Positions 61,641-64,000 of a stretch of 64,000 bases of DNA are shown piece by piece. The position numbers and the translations under genes are program-made. Source of the stretch: Paecilomyces variotii (lineage: Eukaryota). The notes beneath the pieces were generated by a model. That model saw only the letters and a program-made list of their open reading frames with translations, made no database searches and was not told the DNA's origin. The number at the start of each line of letters is the position of its first letter. Position 1 is the stretch's first letter. The stretch lies in NCBI GenBank assembly GCA_004022145.1, contig RCNU01000001.1; one strand, 5' to 3'.

Positions 61641-63611
61641 ACAAGGCAGGGCAGGGCACAGCACAACACACACAGAGAGGGAGAGAGAGAGAGTAGAAGA
61701 GAGAGAGAAGAGAGAAAAGACTCCGTCTCGCTCAGGGCCCGATTATTGATGGGGGGAACAATAATTCTGGCAAAAGGTTGGAGTAAACTTGCGCCAAGCA
61801 GGCGGCCCCGGTCGCTCACGCCTTCGCTCCACCAGCCGTACAACACAACGGATTGGCAACCCGGTTGATTGTCCGTCTGGATGGGCTTATTTGGCAGTGG
61901 TTAATAATATGAATTAATTGGAGTCTTTTTGTTCTTGGCTGGTTCGTGGTTCTGGTGACTGTGACGTATCCGGTTCCCCTGTTGATTGTTGATTTGTCCG
62001 CAGAGCCCGTCGGGAATAATGGACGAAGTGTCAGAACCAGGGGCAGATGCTTAACTAAGTTAACTGTTTCATATATTCATATTTTATTATTATTATTATC
62101 TTGATATGGCGGACGGTTGGACAAGTGGAATATCTAGAGCGATATCAGATTGAGCATCGAACTCTAATCCTAATATCTCAGCTACATTATCATGAATATA
62201 ATAACTAAAATCGATTTACAGTACTACTGCTAGAGTACCATACTGTTGACTACCTAGGTAGTCAGTAGTAGTCACTGCTATACCATACTCGACTAACTAG
62301 CTAGTTATAACTAATAACTATGTACTCTACTGGAATAGTAATCCTCCATCCTCCATTACGAGCCCGTTGCCCTCCGGGACCGGCTTCTGGGCCTTCCGGG
62401 CGTCTTGTACGGAGTAGTCTTCGATCTGTTCTCCTCTAGCTGATTATGGGTCCGTTCAGTTCTATCTGGTTAGTCTAGTTGAATCTAGTCAGTCCAGACT
62501 CCAGGCACGGCGGGATACAAGCTGGGTGCGTTACGTGTTGCGCCCCCCGTCACGTGGAGGATGGGTCATCAGGGTCAATACCAGAACATCATCAGAAATA
62601 TAACCAGCGTTGAGTAATTATATTCCAGGAGAATTCAAGTGCTGCTAGAATAATTTATCTGGTGCAGTTTATTAGTTGATAACCATTAACGCAACTAGAG
62701 TATCTACTCGAATTATGCAGTGTTGCTGTCGCGACCTGGTAATAATAATTGACACTCCACATCCCAGGGATATATAAATAGTTAACACACACACCCCGGA
62801 GTAGTGGAGACCAAATGTATATCATTATGCGAACTTCCTGACAGGGCAACACCCTTCCATTCTCCCCCCATCTTATACAATCGCTAATCCTTTATACTCA
62901 CGAACCATACCCTGCTGATCAATGCGGCAATTTCCTGGTCACGTCATACCTGCCTCGACCTGGTTAGAAGGTCGGAGGCCCTCTATCTGATCGTAGTGGA
63001 AGATAAACTAGACCACCCAGAACTGCGCAGCGACGACGATAAAGTAACCCGTAACTGACAAGTACAGAGTTATGGTACAGTACAAACACCCTCAGCCATT
63101 ATTCAGATACATGAACTCACGGGAACGGCCAAAGTTCGGCCTCCACCAACGACGAGATCTACACTACACCAACCCCCTACTATTTCTGGGTTGATAGTCA
63201 TACTTACCTGCAATTCTCGATACTCACTACTGAATCAAAAAAAAAAAAAACACTCTACTGGAACTTAAGAAGAGAACAAAATTGAACGGAAAAAAGAGAG
63301 AATTCCCATTTCGCATCCTACAGCTTCTGCTCCAGAGAGAGTACCAAGCTGACCAACACAATAGACATGTCCCGTTGCAAGACCCACCACATGACGCCGC
63401 CCATACCAACTTTGTCAAAAAACACAAACTAATCACACTGACATCCCAGAAGTAGCCGCAGCATTATAATAAGCACGAGAGAAAAAAAAAGAAAAAGAAC
63501 AAGGACCAAAAAAAAAGTTACAAGCCGAAGGAGACAGCAGCAAAACACGCCGCGGACGAGACATTAAAACCAAGTCAAATCAAAGACACATCATGAACGA
63601 CGGTGGCATCT

Positions 63612-64000
63612 TCATGCCTCCTTCTTCTCGGTCGATGCGGCCTTCTTCCTGGGCGCAGCCTTCTGAGCCGCGGGCTTAGCAGTCGTCTTCGTGACGCGGC
63701 CGGACTTGGTCTTGCCAAGCACCTTGGGCTGCTCAACAACGGCGGGAGCCTACTTCGATGTCAGTTAGTGATCCAAAACGGCGTGGGTATCGCAATGGCA
63801 ACATACCGCGGTAGAAGCCTTGCGAGGCTTAGCAGTGTTGGCCTTGGGCTTCGCGGCAGCCTTCTTCGGTGCACCGGCCTTCTTGGTCGTCGACTTGGCA
63901 GGCTTCTCGGCCTTCTCAGTCTTCTCGGTCTTCTCAGTCTTCTTGGTGCTGGCCTTCTTAGCAGCAGGCTTGGCGGCAGTCGCCTTCTGGCCATGCATGA
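63612..64000 (-). CDS. Linker histone H1, 3' part (gene continues beyond the window)
   Basis: Lys/Ala/Pro-rich KATAAKPAAKKAS…KPRKASTA|APAVVEQPKVLGKTKSGRVTKTTAKPAAQKAAPRKKAASTEKKEA*, with an intron at about 63750-63805. The globular domain is not in the window. Confidence 0.85.

Noticed and set aside
63200-63360. U1 snRNA gene (ATACTTACCTG matches the U1 5' end)
   Set aside because: The following sequence has no U1 stem-loop I/II motifs or Sm site and runs into poly(A). It is better read as a minus-strand splice-donor-like site.

Overview
Eukaryotic, intron-containing genomic DNA from a filamentous ascomycete. Gene content, short GT-AG introns with CTRAY branch sites and protein sequences point to Eurotiales (Aspergillus/Penicillium/Paecilomyces-like); I cannot fix the species. 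It is mostly a housekeeping block of about 27 protein genes: LIP5, IPI3, a SPOUT methyltransferase, DERA, a beta-lactamase/LovD-like hydrolase, RPN5, an FSH1-type hydrolase, RPS27, EPT1/CPT1, NIPSNAP, a PNPOx-like protein, LIP2, RHO3, CWC25, CSN2, an otubain, an AVO2-like ankyrin protein, an SDR, COQ1, RPN3, SPC34, TAF12, MSS4, the 3' end of histone H1 and two hypotheticals. I found no tRNA, rRNA, CRISPR array or intact transposon, and no clearly new multi-gene system. The best leads are: (1) a three-exon selenoprotein-K homologue absent from the ORF track, ending in CxxC instead of Sec and head-to-head with RPN5; (2) two candidate non-coding RNA loci, a large fold-back downstream of RPS27 and an orphan TATA/CGCG promoter with an ORF-less intron between two convergent genes; (3) a recurrent intergenic 9-mer, TACGGAGTA; (4) three PCI-domain genes and both lipoate-synthesis genes in one window. 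Exon models and RNA pairings were worked out by eye, and homology calls come from recalled motifs rather than database searches.
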